Below, one piece after another: positions 18,668 to 29,073 of a stretch of DNA of 64,000 bases. The DNA is taken from contig JAPYNU010000086.1 in NCBI GenBank assembly GCA_028283245.1, forward strand, positions 8 through 64,007, written 5' to 3'. How positions within the stretch are numbered: the stretch's first letter is position 1; each line of letters begins with the position of its first letter. The stretch is from Candidatus Aldehydirespirator catecholifindens. Lineage in GTDB: Bacteria; Actinomycetota; Acidimicrobiia; Acidimicrobiales; Aldehydirespiratoraceae. The translations under genes were made by a program, and so were the position numbers. A model generated the notes under the pieces. It was not told where the DNA came from, did not search any database, and worked only from the letters and a program-made list of their open reading frames with translations.

Positions 18668-19663
18668 TTGAGACGCAGCGGGCTCTACCATCGAAGTGTG
18701 ACCCCGACTGCTTATACCCGGCTCACTCGGTTTGCTCTTTGGGCACTTGCAGCGATCGTCGTGACTGGAGTTTCGGTGCGACTCACTGGATCGGGACTGG
18801 GATGCGAGGACTGGCCCACCTGTTCGGAAGACCGTTTTGTAGCGGATCTTGAGTTCCATGCTCTGGTTGAGTTCGTGAATCGACTCTTCACCGGTGTCGT
18901 GGCTGTTGCTGTGATCGCAGCCGTGCTGGGCTCTTGGTGGAGACGACCGCGCCGCACCGATCTGGTGTGGTTATCGCTGGGGTTGGTGGTTGGCGTGCTT
19001 GCCCAGGTCGGGCTAGGGGCTTTGTTGGTTTTGTCAGAGCTTGATCCTCGTTTCACGATGGGGCACTTCTTGTTGTCGATGGTGCTGCTGTGGAATGCGG
19101 CTGTGCTTGACGTGCAAGCTCGAGACCTTGACAACCCAGTCGGTACCGCACACAGACGCAAAGCCAGCGCAAATACAAATACCATGACCCAGATAGCTCT
19201 ATGGGCTGTGGTGATCGTCGCTACAGCGTTGTTGTTCAGCGGCACTCTGGTCACTGGCGCGGGCCCACACGCCGGTGACAGTCGGGCCGAGCGGTTGCCA
19301 CTGCTGGTGCGTGAAGTGGCACGAATCCACAGCATCATCGCGATTGCTTTGCTGGCTCTGGTGATCTGGGCTTATTGGCGGCTTCGGGTATCTGGATCAA
19401 CTAAACAAGTCCGCATGCGAAGGATCGCAGAACTGTTAATCGTGCAGGGTGCCATTGGCTATGCACAGTATTTTCTAGGTGTACCAGTGCTTCTTGTAGG
19501 GATTCATGTTACTCTGGCATCGATCACTTGGATTCAGATAATCAAGGTGGCCTACGAGCCAGCAACGCCCAGCGGGGCAGCCTTGAGCCGCGGCTTCACA
19601 AACAACAGACCGGGTGGCTACAGACCCACGGATAGCGAAGCTCTGCTTGGATCGCAGCCATGA
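18668..19663 (+). CDS. ctaA: haem A synthase (COX15/CtaA)
   Basis: [15 protein letters not shown] motif, 8 TM, conserved His in TM segments. Divergent from ctaB, as in the Bacillus arrangement. Confidence 0.85.
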   Translation: MRRSGLYHRSVTPTAYTRLTRFALWALAAIVVTGVSVRLTGSGLGCEDWPTCSEDRFVADLEFHALVEFVNRLFTGVVAVAVIAAVLGSWWRRPRRTDLVWLSLGLVVGVLAQVGLGALLVLSELDPRFTMGHFLLSMVLLWNAAVLDVQARDLDNPVGTAHRRKASANTNTMTQIALWAVVIVATALLFSGTLVTGAGPHAGDSRAERLPLLVREVARIHSIIAIALLALVIWAYWRLRVSGSTKQVRMRRIAELLIVQGAIGYAQYFLGVPVLLVGIHVTLASITWIQIIKVAYEPATPSGAALSRGFTNNRPGGYRPTDSEALLGSQP

Positions 19664-19980
19664 CCAAACTTGATTTCGCTGTGCTGGGTTCGGCCTCTCC
19701 GGTCACCGCTCCTGTGAAAGACCCGGTTGACGAAACCAGCCGGCGACCTGATCTGCCTTGGAAAGTGATCGTTCTTGATGACCCGGTGAACTTGATGTCA
19801 TATGTGGTCTACGTGTTTCGCAAGCTGTTCGGATATTCCGCAGCGAAAGCGCATCGGCTGATGATGCAAGTTCACACCGAAGGCAAAGCAGTGGTGGCAT
19901 CGGGGCCTCGAGAAAAAGCTGAGTTCGATGTCTACCGTCTCCACGAACACGGCCTTTGGGCTGTGCTCGAACAGGACTAA
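19660..19980 (+). CDS. clpS: ATP-dependent Clp protease adaptor ClpS
   Basis: 106 aa, with [26 protein letters not shown]...[16 protein letters not shown] overlap with the ctaA stop. Confidence 0.9.
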   Translation: MTKLDFAVLGSASPVTAPVKDPVDETSRRPDLPWKVIVLDDPVNLMSYVVYVFRKLFGYSAAKAHRLMMQVHTEGKAVVASGPREKAEFDVYRLHEHGLWAVLEQD

Positions 19981-19990
19981 ACGCAGCGCA

Positions 19991-20494
19991 ATGGCGATGG
20001 CACGACGCAAGTTCCGCTCTGGACCCGACGGCATCACCGCGAACTTCAATAGCGAGGAACGCTCCAGTTTGGCGACAGTGCTTCAACATTTCAGAGATTT
20101 GCTTGTCGAAGGCAACGATGCTTCTATGCTGCGTTTTCAGCCGCCTGTGCATATTCAAAACGAGCACGCTTCTGAAGAGTTTTGGGAGATGGCCGCAGTG
20201 CCTTTGCTGAGACATCGCTTAGAGGCCATTGATGTTGTTGAGGCCGGTCTGGAAGGGGTTGCCCTTGACGACGAGGCGGTTTCTGCCTGGTTGCAGACTC
20301 TCAACAGCTTGCGCCTGTATTTGGGCAACACTCTAGAAGTGGGCACGGCATCGTTTGATCCAGCGGCTCTTGACGATGAACGACACGACGTGGCTCGCTA
20401 CATGCTTTATGAATGGCTCGGCGGGATACTTGACCAGCTTGTGGAGACCGCAGCCGAGACTCTCCCATCCGGCGACAGCGATGGACGGCCTTGA
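19991..20494 (+). CDS. DUF2017 domain protein (actinobacterial ClpS partner)
   Basis: Position directly after clpS. Acidic ~167 aa protein; start taken at MAMARRKF after the clpS stop. Confidence 0.65.
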   Translation: MAMARRKFRSGPDGITANFNSEERSSLATVLQHFRDLLVEGNDASMLRFQPPVHIQNEHASEEFWEMAAVPLLRHRLEAIDVVEAGLEGVALDDEAVSAWLQTLNSLRLYLGNTLEVGTASFDPAALDDERHDVARYMLYEWLGGILDQLVETAAETLPSGDSDGRP

Positions 20495-20522
20495 TAACCA
20501 CGTCTGCTAATGTGAGGATCTT

Positions 20523-22946
20523 GTGAACAGTTTGCTCCAATGGTTCAGCCAGCTGGTAACTGCTCGGCCAAAAGTCACGCTGATCGTTCTGGCATTCCTC
20601 ACCGTTGTGATGGTCGCAGGAATAGGGCAGCGCGAGCCATCCATTGACGGCACCACAGTGGGCCTGGTACCGGTAGACCACCCGGTACGCCTCGCGATCG
20701 AAGAACTTGATGAGTTGTTCGACGAGAGCGACGCTGCTTTAACCACGGTGTTGTTTCGCGGTCAGGCGGGTCTGCCTGAAGGTCTCGCCGAACTTGAGGT
20801 GCGCTCACCCGAAGCGTTCGCTCAGATGGATGCCCTCACCGACGCGATCCTGGCGGATCAGGAGCTGGCGCGGCTGTTGGCGCGGACCGATCCGATCATC
20901 TCGCCGTCCCTAGTGGCCGCAGGCATCAACAGCGTGGCAGCGACTTCTGAGGATCTCGGATCAAGCAACAACCTCGACCAGATAGAAGCCGTGCTTGACT
21001 CTCTGACTGGTATCGACGAAAGCGGTACTCCTGTTGCGGTTGTCATAGTTCGCTTGAACAACACAGACGAAGAAGTAGTCCAATCCGCCGAGCGGAAAAT
21101 CGACGATCTGGCTGCCTTTTCTGAGGGGCCGTTGCGTGTCAGCAGCGTGTCGTTGACAGTGATCGAAGACGAATACCGACGTGCCACTGAAGAAGGCGTA
21201 GCACCGCTGATCGGGCTGGCGTTGCTGTTGATTGCGGGTTTGATTCTGCTGTTCATGCGCACCGGCACGGATCTGATGCTGACCGTTGTGGGTCTAGTCC
21301 TTTCGTTGATCTGGGTGCTGGGTGTGGAGGGATGGCTCGGGCCCAGCGGTTTGAGTTTTATCGGCCCGCCGAGTGCGGTCTCGGCCTCGGTGCCGATCAT
21401 CCTGATCAGCCTCACGGTCGACTACTCAATACAGATCTTGTCGCACTATCGCGAGAAGCGAGTTGAAGGCGAACCGGTGCTAGAAGCGGTTCGGAACGGT
21501 TTGAGTACGGTCGGTGTTCCGATCGCGTTGGCGGCACTCACCACCATGGGCAGTTTCTTGTCGATCCTGTTTTCGCCTGTTGATCCGATCGGCGACTTCG
21601 GTGTGGTCACAGCGCTGGGTGTGGGGCTGAGTTTTCTGATAATGATGTCGCTGATTCCAGCTGGACGAACCATCATCGACCAACGACGCGAAGCTCGCGG
21701 CACGCTCAAGGAACCGCGGCTTGTCTCGGGCGCGCTGCCAGGCATTGAAAGAGCTGCGGAAGTGGTCGGCACCGCAGTATCACGTCGGCCAGCACCGTAT
21801 CTGATCGTCGTGCTGGCGATCACGGCTCTGTTCGGTTTCTCGGCTGCGGGACTGGAATCCGGGTTCGCGATCCGCGATATTCTGCCTCGCGACGGCAGTG
21901 TCACCAAAGATCTTGAGACCCTTGATGCAGCGGTGGGCGGATCCACCGAACAGGCTCGAATACTCATAAAAGCCGAGGCGACCGAGGCCCGCACACTGCT
22001 GAACATTCGAGACTTGACCAACTCTTTCGCTGATGAGCAGCAGCGGCCTCAGAGTGCGGTTGGGCCTCTGGAACCCACTTACGTCGACCTAGTCGCGGAT
22101 GCGCCAGCGGAAGTGCAACTCAACCCGGCGCTGATGCAAGACCTGCTCAACAACATCGAAATCGCCAATCCCGACCTGAGAAGCATCCTAGTCAACAACC
22201 CAGACGGCGAGGATGCTATCTTGCTGCGATTTTCTTCACTCAACGACGACCCGACCAACGCTGTGCTTCAGCAAGAAATAGAGGAACTCTGGGACGGCGA
22301 CGACGGTGCCATCACGGTCACCTCCGAAAGCGTCTTGGCTTCAGCGATAAACGAACTGATCACCGACGGGCAGACCGAATCAATATCCACCACAGTCCTT
22401 GTGGCTACCACCATCCTTGCGATCTTCTTCTGGGCGACGCTGCGCCGTCCGATGTTGTCCGTGCTGGCAGTGGGTCCGATCGTGCTGGTTCTGATCTGGG
22501 TGATGGGCACGATGGCGCTTCTAGGGATTTCCTACTCGCTGCTGACTGCCAACATCGTTGCACTGTCGGTCGGTATCGGCGTGGACTACACGATTCACAT
22601 AATACATCGCTACCGAGAAGAGTTCGCACGAGTGCGCAAACCTGAGACTGCTGCCATTCGGGCGCTTTCCGCTAGCGGCTCAGCGCTGCTGGCCTCGGCG
22701 ATGACAACAGCGTTCGGTTTCGGTGTGCTGATTTTGGCACCGCTTGACGGTTTTCGGCAGTTCGGCATCGTTGCGGCGATATCGATCGGCTATTCACTGC
22801 TTGTGGCGGTGTTGGTAGTACCGCCCGCTATGACGATCTGGGGTGCCTACGAGAACATGCGCTTGCGTTCAACGGTGCAGCGACTCTGGGATGATATTGA
22901 CGTGGCCGCCGATGAGATCTATCAACGCAACGAGCAAACCCGCTAG
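20523..22946 (+). CDS. MMPL/RND-superfamily membrane transporter
   Basis: 807 aa. Two repeated halves, each a large extracytoplasmic loop followed by a cluster of TM helices. GVDYTIHIIHRYREE-type motif in the second half. Confidence 0.85.
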   Translation: MNSLLQWFSQLVTARPKVTLIVLAFLTVVMVAGIGQREPSIDGTTVGLVPVDHPVRLAIEELDELFDESDAALTTVLFRGQAGLPEGLAELEVRSPEAFAQMDALTDAILADQELARLLARTDPIISPSLVAAGINSVAATSEDLGSSNNLDQIEAVLDSLTGIDESGTPVAVVIVRLNNTDEEVVQSAERKIDDLAAFSEGPLRVSSVSLTVIEDEYRRATEEGVAPLIGLALLLIAGLILLFMRTGTDLMLTVVGLVLSLIWVLGVEGWLGPSGLSFIGPPSAVSASVPIILISLTVDYSIQILSHYREKRVEGEPVLEAVRNGLSTVGVPIALAALTTMGSFLSILFSPVDPIGDFGVVTALGVGLSFLIMMSLIPAGRTIIDQRREARGTLKEPRLVSGALPGIERAAEVVGTAVSRRPAPYLIVVLAITALFGFSAAGLESGFAIRDILPRDGSVTKDLETLDAAVGGSTEQARILIKAEATEARTLLNIRDLTNSFADEQQRPQSAVGPLEPTYVDLVADAPAEVQLNPALMQDLLNNIEIANPDLRSILVNNPDGEDAILLRFSSLNDDPTNAVLQQEIEELWDGDDGAITVTSESVLASAINELITDGQTESISTTVLVATTILAIFFWATLRRPMLSVLAVGPIVLVLIWVMGTMALLGISYSLLTANIVALSVGIGVDYTIHIIHRYREEFARVRKPETAAIRALSASGSALLASAMTTAFGFGVLILAPLDGFRQFGIVAAISIGYSLLVAVLVVPPAMTIWGAYENMRLRSTVQRLWDDIDVAADEIYQRNEQTR

Positions 22947-25057
22947 GGCTTGGTTAATTCGTGGCGACGCGCGACGAAGCGGGCTTTGATTTTCTTTTTC
23001 ACTGCCAAGCCCGGCACGGGCAACATATTCATCTTGAGTTCGGATTTCTTGTTGACTAGTTGCATTTCAAAGTAATGCGACAACATCAGGGTGTTCATTA
23101 CTAATTGCAGAGAAACTATACGCTGACCAAGACAGCTATGAGTACCGAGCCCAAACGGGGAATATCCGGTGCCGAGATGTTCTTTACGCGGAGGCTTGTA
23201 CCTGTCAATGTCAAACTTCATTGGCTCTGGGAATTGATCGTTTAGATAGTGAGTAACTGTTGTCAGGACCCAAACTCGATCTCCTACCGATATTTGATGT
23301 CCACCGATAAAGCAGCTATTTATCGCATGGCGGAATGATGAGAATATCGTGGGATACATGCGCAAAGTTTCAGTGACCACCCGTTGAGTTGTATCAGTTG
23401 CTGGGCCGGTGAAAGCTTCAAAATCAACCTTGCCGTCTTTACCGAATACTGCATCAGCCTCGGCGGTGACTTGCTGATAAACTTCAGGATGCGACAGCAT
23501 TGAGTACATTACGGTCGACATCTGCTGCCCAAGGTATATGGAATTTATTAAGGCGGTAACAACCGCTAAGCTCATGTTGGCCTGGGGCATCAGTTGGCGG
23601 TCGTTGGTGTTAAAGCTCAACAGATCGTCAGTGTAATCTCTGGAGCAACCGGCTCGTTGAGCAGCTGTGTGACCAGCCAAGACCTGATCCACAAGCTCAT
23701 TAAGGCGTTTCGTTCGACGTCGCATCGCAGGAGTTTTAAGCATGAAGTTGGGGAAGTAGCCAGCAATATGCGTTATCATAATTCGTTTTATAAGTTTACC
23801 CAAATCATCAAAGCTGTCCTGAGTGTCAGTATTCAACAGCAACGGCGACATCTGCGAGTTACATACCCGATGTCCAAGTTCTATTAACGGAACCTCACTG
23901 CCGATTTCCAGGTTGGAGATATAGTCGCGACCATAATTGAGCATTTCATCAGATCGTTCCACGAGTCTAGTGCGCGAAAAAGATGGTTGAAAAGACTTGC
24001 GAGACTTGAAGTGATCGGCACCATCAAGCGAGGACACAAATCCCCTTGCACCTAAAGCTTCCTCAAAATTATCAAGATAATGCCGTGATGACAGGTACAG
24101 TCGACCGTAGCGGTGAACCCACGCATTGACTTCGGGACCGGCTACGCAGGTAAAATCCTGCTGAAATGGCTGCCTGAGCTTGAAGACAGGGCCGTATTTG
24201 TTGTAAAGCTCAGTGAAGAACGCCGGAATATTACCATTGCGAGCGTTTGAGCTGCGGATCATGTCAATCAGCTTCACCGTGGGAATCTGCTTGGAGAGCG
24301 AGGAGGAGATCGACGGTGCCGCGGCGATGTTCTCGCGAACTGCTTCGGCAATGGCGCGCCCGATCAGGTCCATCTTGCAGATGTCAGCCACCCTCTGCTC
24401 AGTTGCTTCGTCAAGCTCGAAGATGAAATGCATCACATCGCAAACATCAATGAGGCAGATGATGATCACATCCACAGGCGACGGGATCTCGTCGGTGAAG
24501 ATAGCTCTGCTGATGCGAGTCTTGACGAACTCCGTGCTGATTGGATCAACATCACTTACCTGGCCTTGGGCACCTTTAGCGGATACGTCTGCTTCACCCC
24601 AGACGATCTTCGCTAGCGACCAGAAGTCCCCGTCGTGATGCCGCAGAATGTTCATCTCAGTCAAACGCTCAAGAGTCGCATCAATAATCGGCTCAGCCCG
24701 CGGCAAAAGTTTCTCAATCCAATACTGAGCGTTGTACTGGCCGGTTGAAGCTCCGATCTTCTCAAGCAGAGGATCCAGCGTCGGGTCACCAGTCGGTGTG
24801 CCATCCACGAAGATCAACGAGTTGGTATCGGTATCGATGCGGCCCCGCAGCGACAGTTCAGCCAGAGCACCGCCAACAACGGCGCAGTTGAGATTCCAGC
24901 CCGGCACCTGGCGGAAATAGCCGGACTCCTCATTAAGAAGGCTCAACACCAGCTCATCAATCAGCGTCAAGGGACTGTTGTGATCGGCGCTTACAGTTGC
25001 AACTTCGCGATCAATAACCGTCATCACGAATCCTTTCGTCTTTGCTGTCGCCAGCAT
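22943..25057 (-). CDS. GPP34 (GOLPH3-like) domain fused to cytochrome P450
   Basis: N-terminal ~230 aa carry GPP34 motifs (LIDELVLSLLNEESGYF, GGALAELSLRGRI, DGTPTGDPTLDPLLEKI). C-terminal ~450 aa carry P450 ExxR (ETLRMYP) and the Cys-ligand loop FGLGTHSCLGQRI. By eye it is clearly more AT-rich than its neighbours. Confidence 0.75.
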   Translation of the reverse strand: MLATAKTKGFVMTVIDREVATVSADHNSPLTLIDELVLSLLNEESGYFRQVPGWNLNCAVVGGALAELSLRGRIDTDTNSLIFVDGTPTGDPTLDPLLEKIGASTGQYNAQYWIEKLLPRAEPIIDATLERLTEMNILRHHDGDFWSLAKIVWGEADVSAKGAQGQVSDVDPISTEFVKTRISRAIFTDEIPSPVDVIIICLIDVCDVMHFIFELDEATEQRVADICKMDLIGRAIAEAVRENIAAAPSISSSLSKQIPTVKLIDMIRSSNARNGNIPAFFTELYNKYGPVFKLRQPFQQDFTCVAGPEVNAWVHRYGRLYLSSRHYLDNFEEALGARGFVSSLDGADHFKSRKSFQPSFSRTRLVERSDEMLNYGRDYISNLEIGSEVPLIELGHRVCNSQMSPLLLNTDTQDSFDDLGKLIKRIMITHIAGYFPNFMLKTPAMRRRTKRLNELVDQVLAGHTAAQRAGCSRDYTDDLLSFNTNDRQLMPQANMSLAVVTALINSIYLGQQMSTVMYSMLSHPEVYQQVTAEADAVFGKDGKVDFEAFTGPATDTTQRVVTETLRMYPTIFSSFRHAINSCFIGGHQISVGDRVWVLTTVTHYLNDQFPEPMKFDIDRYKPPRKEHLGTGYSPFGLGTHSCLGQRIVSLQLVMNTLMLSHYFEMQLVNKKSELKMNMLPVPGLAVKKKIKARFVARRHELTKP

Positions 25058-25186
25058 TTCAGCCTAGCTTGGTGCCCGACAGTGTAGCGCTAACCGGCGA
25101 TACCGCTATCTAGCGCAGGCCGCTATTTCTCAAGCTGGCGCAGCCTCGCACAGCGCTGTGGGCGCTGTCATGCCTGAGCAAGTCGG

Positions 25187-28100
25187 ATGTCGCCGTATGC
25201 TCGACGAGTGCCTGCTGGCCCGCAGATCACGCTGGAGGACCTGAAGCCCGACGTTCAGGTGATCGGCATCCACTTCGACGGGCCGGTGACGGTTGTACGG
25301 GCGCAATGGCACGGCTCACAAGCAGTGACTCTCACGTATCGCTGCGAAGACGGCACCGTGCAAGAGCAGATGATCTTCCGAGACGACGAGCCGAACCTCA
25401 ACGTTCTGACACCATCGCAACAGCGGTTCAGCTTCCGCGGCGACGGGCGGCTCTTTCGGCTTGCTGCGGAGGCGCGACGTATCCGTTTGGCTCATCTGTT
25501 TGACCCATATCTGGCTTTGTCATCAAGTCAGGTAAGACCGCTTCCTCATCAGATTGAGGCTGTCTACGGCTCATTGCTGCCTCGACGGCCGCTGCGTTTC
25601 CTGCTCGCTGATGATCCTGGTGCTGGCAAGACGATCATGGCTGGTCTCTACATCAAAGAGATGATGATCCGCGGCGCGTTGGAACGCTGCCTAGTGGTCG
25701 CGCCGGGCAGCTTGAGCGTCCAATGGCAAGAGGAACTGCAAGACAAGTTCGGTTTGACCTTCGAGATCGTCACAAAGCAAGACCTTGACAGCATCAACAC
25801 CGTGAACTTGTTCGAGCGCAAACCGCTACTAATAGCCCGCATTGACCAGCTCGCTCGCCGCCAAGAACAGCTGGGTCCGGCGTTGCGGCAGGCCGAGTGG
25901 GATCTGGTGGTGGTTGATGAAGCCCACCGGATGGCCGCGCATTTCTGGGGTGACGAGATCCGCAAGACGATGCGCTATCAACTCGGCGAAACGCTTGGTG
26001 CCTCAGCAGAGCATTTGCTGCTGATGACGGCGACACCGCATAACGGCAAAGAAGAGGACTTTCAGCTGTTTTGTGCCTTGCTTGACAGCGATCAGTTCGC
26101 TGGACGTTTCCGCGACGGGGTGAACGTTGCTGACCGGTCGTCGTTGATGCGTCGCATGGTGAAGGAGCGTCTGCTGACGTTCGAAGGGAGACCGCTGTTC
26201 CCAGAACGTCGTTCGGTGACGGCCGTCTATGAACTCTCTCCCGATGAGATGATCCTTTACGGCGAGGTCTCTGAGTATGTGCGAGATCAAATGAACGCCG
26301 CTGATCGGCTGCGCGATGCTGGCGACGGACGGCGCGGCAACACTGTCGGCTTCGCGTTGACCATCCTGCAGCGCCGTCTGGCATCATCTCCCGAAGCGAT
26401 TTACCAGTCACTGCGGCGTCGCAGGCAGCGTCTTGAGCAGCGAGTCGCTGACGAACTTCGCTCGGCGCGTGCGGCGCTTAGAGGGCTGACAGGCCAACAA
26501 GAACGCTTGTCTCGTTTGCTGCAAGCCGACCCGGCCGAAATACGGGCCTCTTCGGGCGAGCAAGACGAAAACCCAAATAATCAGAACCCTCTCGCGGGTT
26601 TAGACATGGACACCTACGACGAACTCGACTCTGAGGAGCAAGCCGAGATCGATGCCGAGGTGGTTGACGCAGCCACAGCTGCCGAGACGATCTCAGAGTT
26701 GGAGAGCGAGATCGTCACGCTCAAACGACTCCAGAAAATGGCTTTCGATCTGCGTAAAGCGGGAACTGACACCAAATGGCAGCAGCTTTCTGACACATTG
26801 TCTGATGCCCCCGAGATGCATACGCCAGCCGGAGACCGTCGCAAACTGATCGTTTTCACCGAGCATCGCGACACTCTCAACTATCTAGTTGACCGGTTAC
26901 GCACTTTTTTCGGCAGCCACGATGCAGTAGTGCATATCTCTGGTAGCACTCGCAGAGACGACCGCCGGACGGTGCAGCACCGCTTCACTCAGGATCCGGG
27001 CGTGCTGGTGCTGGTTGCCACCGACGCAGCTGGCGAAGGCATCAACTTGCAGCAGGCGCACTTGGTGGTGAACTACGACCTGCCTTGGAACCCGAACCGC
27101 ATTGAGCAGCGCTTCGGGCGGGTTCATCGCATAGGCCAAACTGAGGTCTGCCACATGTGGAATCTGGTGGCCGACAACACTCGCGAGGCTCAGGTGTATC
27201 TAAGGCTTCTTGAAAAGATTGAAGAAATGTGCAAAGCCTTCGACGGTCAGGTCTATGACGTTGTCGGTGAGGTGCTTTCAGGTCGCGAACTCCGGCAGCT
27301 ACTGCTTGATGCCATTCGCTACGGAGACCGTCCCGAGGTGCGCCGCCGCCTTGATCAGGTCATCGACACTGACGTGCCCGAACGGGTGACTGCTGCTATC
27401 AAAGACCCTGTGCTAGCGGCTGACACCATCGGCTACTCCGAGGTGGACCGCATCCGACGCGACATGGACGAAGCTGCGCTGCGACGTATTCAGCCTCACT
27501 ACATTCAAGCTTTTTTTGATGCCGCTTTCACACAACTGGAAGGACGACTGCGGGAGCGGGAGCCGGGCCGCTATCAGATTGACCGGGTGCCGCTAGTGGT
27601 ACGCAACCGAAGCCGCGCGATAGGTAGAGGCACCGGCCCGCCACTACTTGATCGCTACTCTCGGATCACTTTCGACAAAGACCTCACCGAGGTTAAAGGC
27701 TCACCTGACGCGGATCTGGTGGCCCCAGGCCACCGGCTGCTTGACACTGTGGTTGATCTCACGTTTGAGCATCATGGCCATCACATCACCTCAGGCGTGA
27801 TTTTGGCCGACGACTCCGACGACGGAACCGAAGCTCGGGTGATGGTGATGCTGGAGCACGAAGTGGTCGACGCAAGACCTACCCGAAGCACGTCGCACAC
27901 AACTGTCAGTCGCCGCTTCGAGTTTGTGGAGATCACTCGACACGGTGACGCATCTAGTTCTTCGCATGCCCGCTACCTCGACTACCGCCCGTTGGCAGAG
28001 CACGAGCAGGAAGCCGCCGAAGCGCTCCTTGATGACGGCTGGCTGAAGCGTGACCTGACTAGGCAAAGCTTGGACTATGCCATTGAGGTGTCGGTTCCTG

Positions 28101-28870
28101 ACCATCTCGCCGAGGTGAGAGCCCGCACGCTGCGTCGAGTGTCCACCACCCGCAAAGTGGTGCATGAACGCTTGACCACCGAGATCAACCATTGGGATAA
28201 TCGGGCTGCACAACTCCAACTTGATGTGGAAGCGGGTGCCACGCCTCGCATGAACGTTGACAGTGCCCGTCGCCGAGCCGAGGAATACGCTCGTCGTTTG
28301 AAACTCCGGCTCGCCGAGCTAGATCGAGAGAGCAAATTGAAAGCATTGCCGCCCCGTGTGGTTGGTGGCGCGTTGGTGCTGCCCGCTGGCCTGCTGAGTC
28401 GCCTGCGCGGTGAGAGACCCGAGATCGACAACGCTGCCGACACCTTGTCGAAGCGCGAAGTTGAACGGCGTGCCATTAGTGCTGTGATTCGCTGCGAAGG
28501 CGAAGCGGGCTGGCTGACAGAAGACCTCAACGAGACGCAACCAAACCATCCCGGTTACGACATTCTCTCAACACGCCGCGACAGCAGCAACAGCACCGTG
28601 TTGCAGTATCGCTATATCGAAGTCAAGGGTCGGGTCAGCGGTGCCGACGTGGTTACGGTATCTCGCAACGAGATCCTCACCAGCCTTAACGAGCCCGACC
28701 GCTGGCTGCTAGCCCTAGTTGAAGTGCGTCCAACCGGCGGTGAAGAAGTCCGTTATCTGCACCGCCCCTTCGAGGATGCCAGCCGTGACTTCCTCTTCGA
28801 CACGACCAGTGTCAACTTCGATTGGGATGCCCTGTGGGCCCGTGGACTACACCCGCAAGACTGCACCTAA
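25187..28870 (+). CDS. SNF2-family helicase with C-terminal DUF3883 (restriction-endonuclease-like) domain
   Basis: Motif I LLADDPGAGKTIMAG, motif II VVVDEAHRM, motif III LLMTATPHNG. C-lobe ATDAAGEGINLQ and WNPNRIEQRFGRVHRIGQ. Tail carries GYDIL...YIEVKGR. Confidence 0.85.
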   Translation: MSPYARRVPAGPQITLEDLKPDVQVIGIHFDGPVTVVRAQWHGSQAVTLTYRCEDGTVQEQMIFRDDEPNLNVLTPSQQRFSFRGDGRLFRLAAEARRIRLAHLFDPYLALSSSQVRPLPHQIEAVYGSLLPRRPLRFLLADDPGAGKTIMAGLYIKEMMIRGALERCLVVAPGSLSVQWQEELQDKFGLTFEIVTKQDLDSINTVNLFERKPLLIARIDQLARRQEQLGPALRQAEWDLVVVDEAHRMAAHFWGDEIRKTMRYQLGETLGASAEHLLLMTATPHNGKEEDFQLFCALLDSDQFAGRFRDGVNVADRSSLMRRMVKERLLTFEGRPLFPERRSVTAVYELSPDEMILYGEVSEYVRDQMNAADRLRDAGDGRRGNTVGFALTILQRRLASSPEAIYQSLRRRRQRLEQRVADELRSARAALRGLTGQQERLSRLLQADPAEIRASSGEQDENPNNQNPLAGLDMDTYDELDSEEQAEIDAEVVDAATAAETISELESEIVTLKRLQKMAFDLRKAGTDTKWQQLSDTLSDAPEMHTPAGDRRKLIVFTEHRDTLNYLVDRLRTFFGSHDAVVHISGSTRRDDRRTVQHRFTQDPGVLVLVATDAAGEGINLQQAHLVVNYDLPWNPNRIEQRFGRVHRIGQTEVCHMWNLVADNTREAQVYLRLLEKIEEMCKAFDGQVYDVVGEVLSGRELRQLLLDAIRYGDRPEVRRRLDQVIDTDVPERVTAAIKDPVLAADTIGYSEVDRIRRDMDEAALRRIQPHYIQAFFDAAFTQLEGRLREREPGRYQIDRVPLVVRNRSRAIGRGTGPPLLDRYSRITFDKDLTEVKGSPDADLVAPGHRLLDTVVDLTFEHHGHHITSGVILADDSDDGTEARVMVMLEHEVVDARPTRSTSHTTVSRRFEFVEITRHGDASSSSHARYLDYRPLAEHEQEAAEALLDDGWLKRDLTRQSLDYAIEVSVPDHLAEVRARTLRRVSTTRKVVHERLTTEINHWDNRAAQLQLDVEAGATPRMNVDSARRRAEEYARRLKLRLAELDRESKLKALPPRVVGGALVLPAGLLSRLRGERPEIDNAADTLSKREVERRAISAVIRCEGEAGWLTEDLNETQPNHPGYDILSTRRDSSNSTVLQYRYIEVKGRVSGADVVTVSRNEILTSLNEPDRWLLALVEVRPTGGEEVRYLHRPFEDASRDFLFDTTSVNFDWDALWARGLHPQDCT

Positions 28871-28920
28871 CCAGCGATGAGGTTGGCAGCAAGTCCGCAG
28901 GTCGCGTAACGTTGAGATGC

Positions 28921-29073
28921 ATGAACGAACAGTTGAGTTCTCGCAGCACTTTCTTGTTTGCGCGTCCTCAAGCGCTTCACGGTGGCACCCGTCTGTTTGA
29001 CTTCTTCGGCACCTACGAAAACTACAACACTTCACCGCCACCACAAGAAGCTAATTTGCTCGCAGTGTTTTAG
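28921..29073 (+). CDS. small hypothetical ORF (50 aa) ending at an in-frame TAG; the frame stays open for 32 more codons
   Basis: The ATG at 28921 gives MNEQLSSRSTFLFARPQALHGGTRLFDFFGTYENYNTSPPPQEANLLAVF. TAG is at 29071-29073, and the same frame continues DWLAVEDDTKKVLASHKLL... to the TGA at 29170-29172. Confidence 0.25.
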   Translation: MNEQLSSRSTFLFARPQALHGGTRLFDFFGTYENYNTSPPPQEANLLAVF

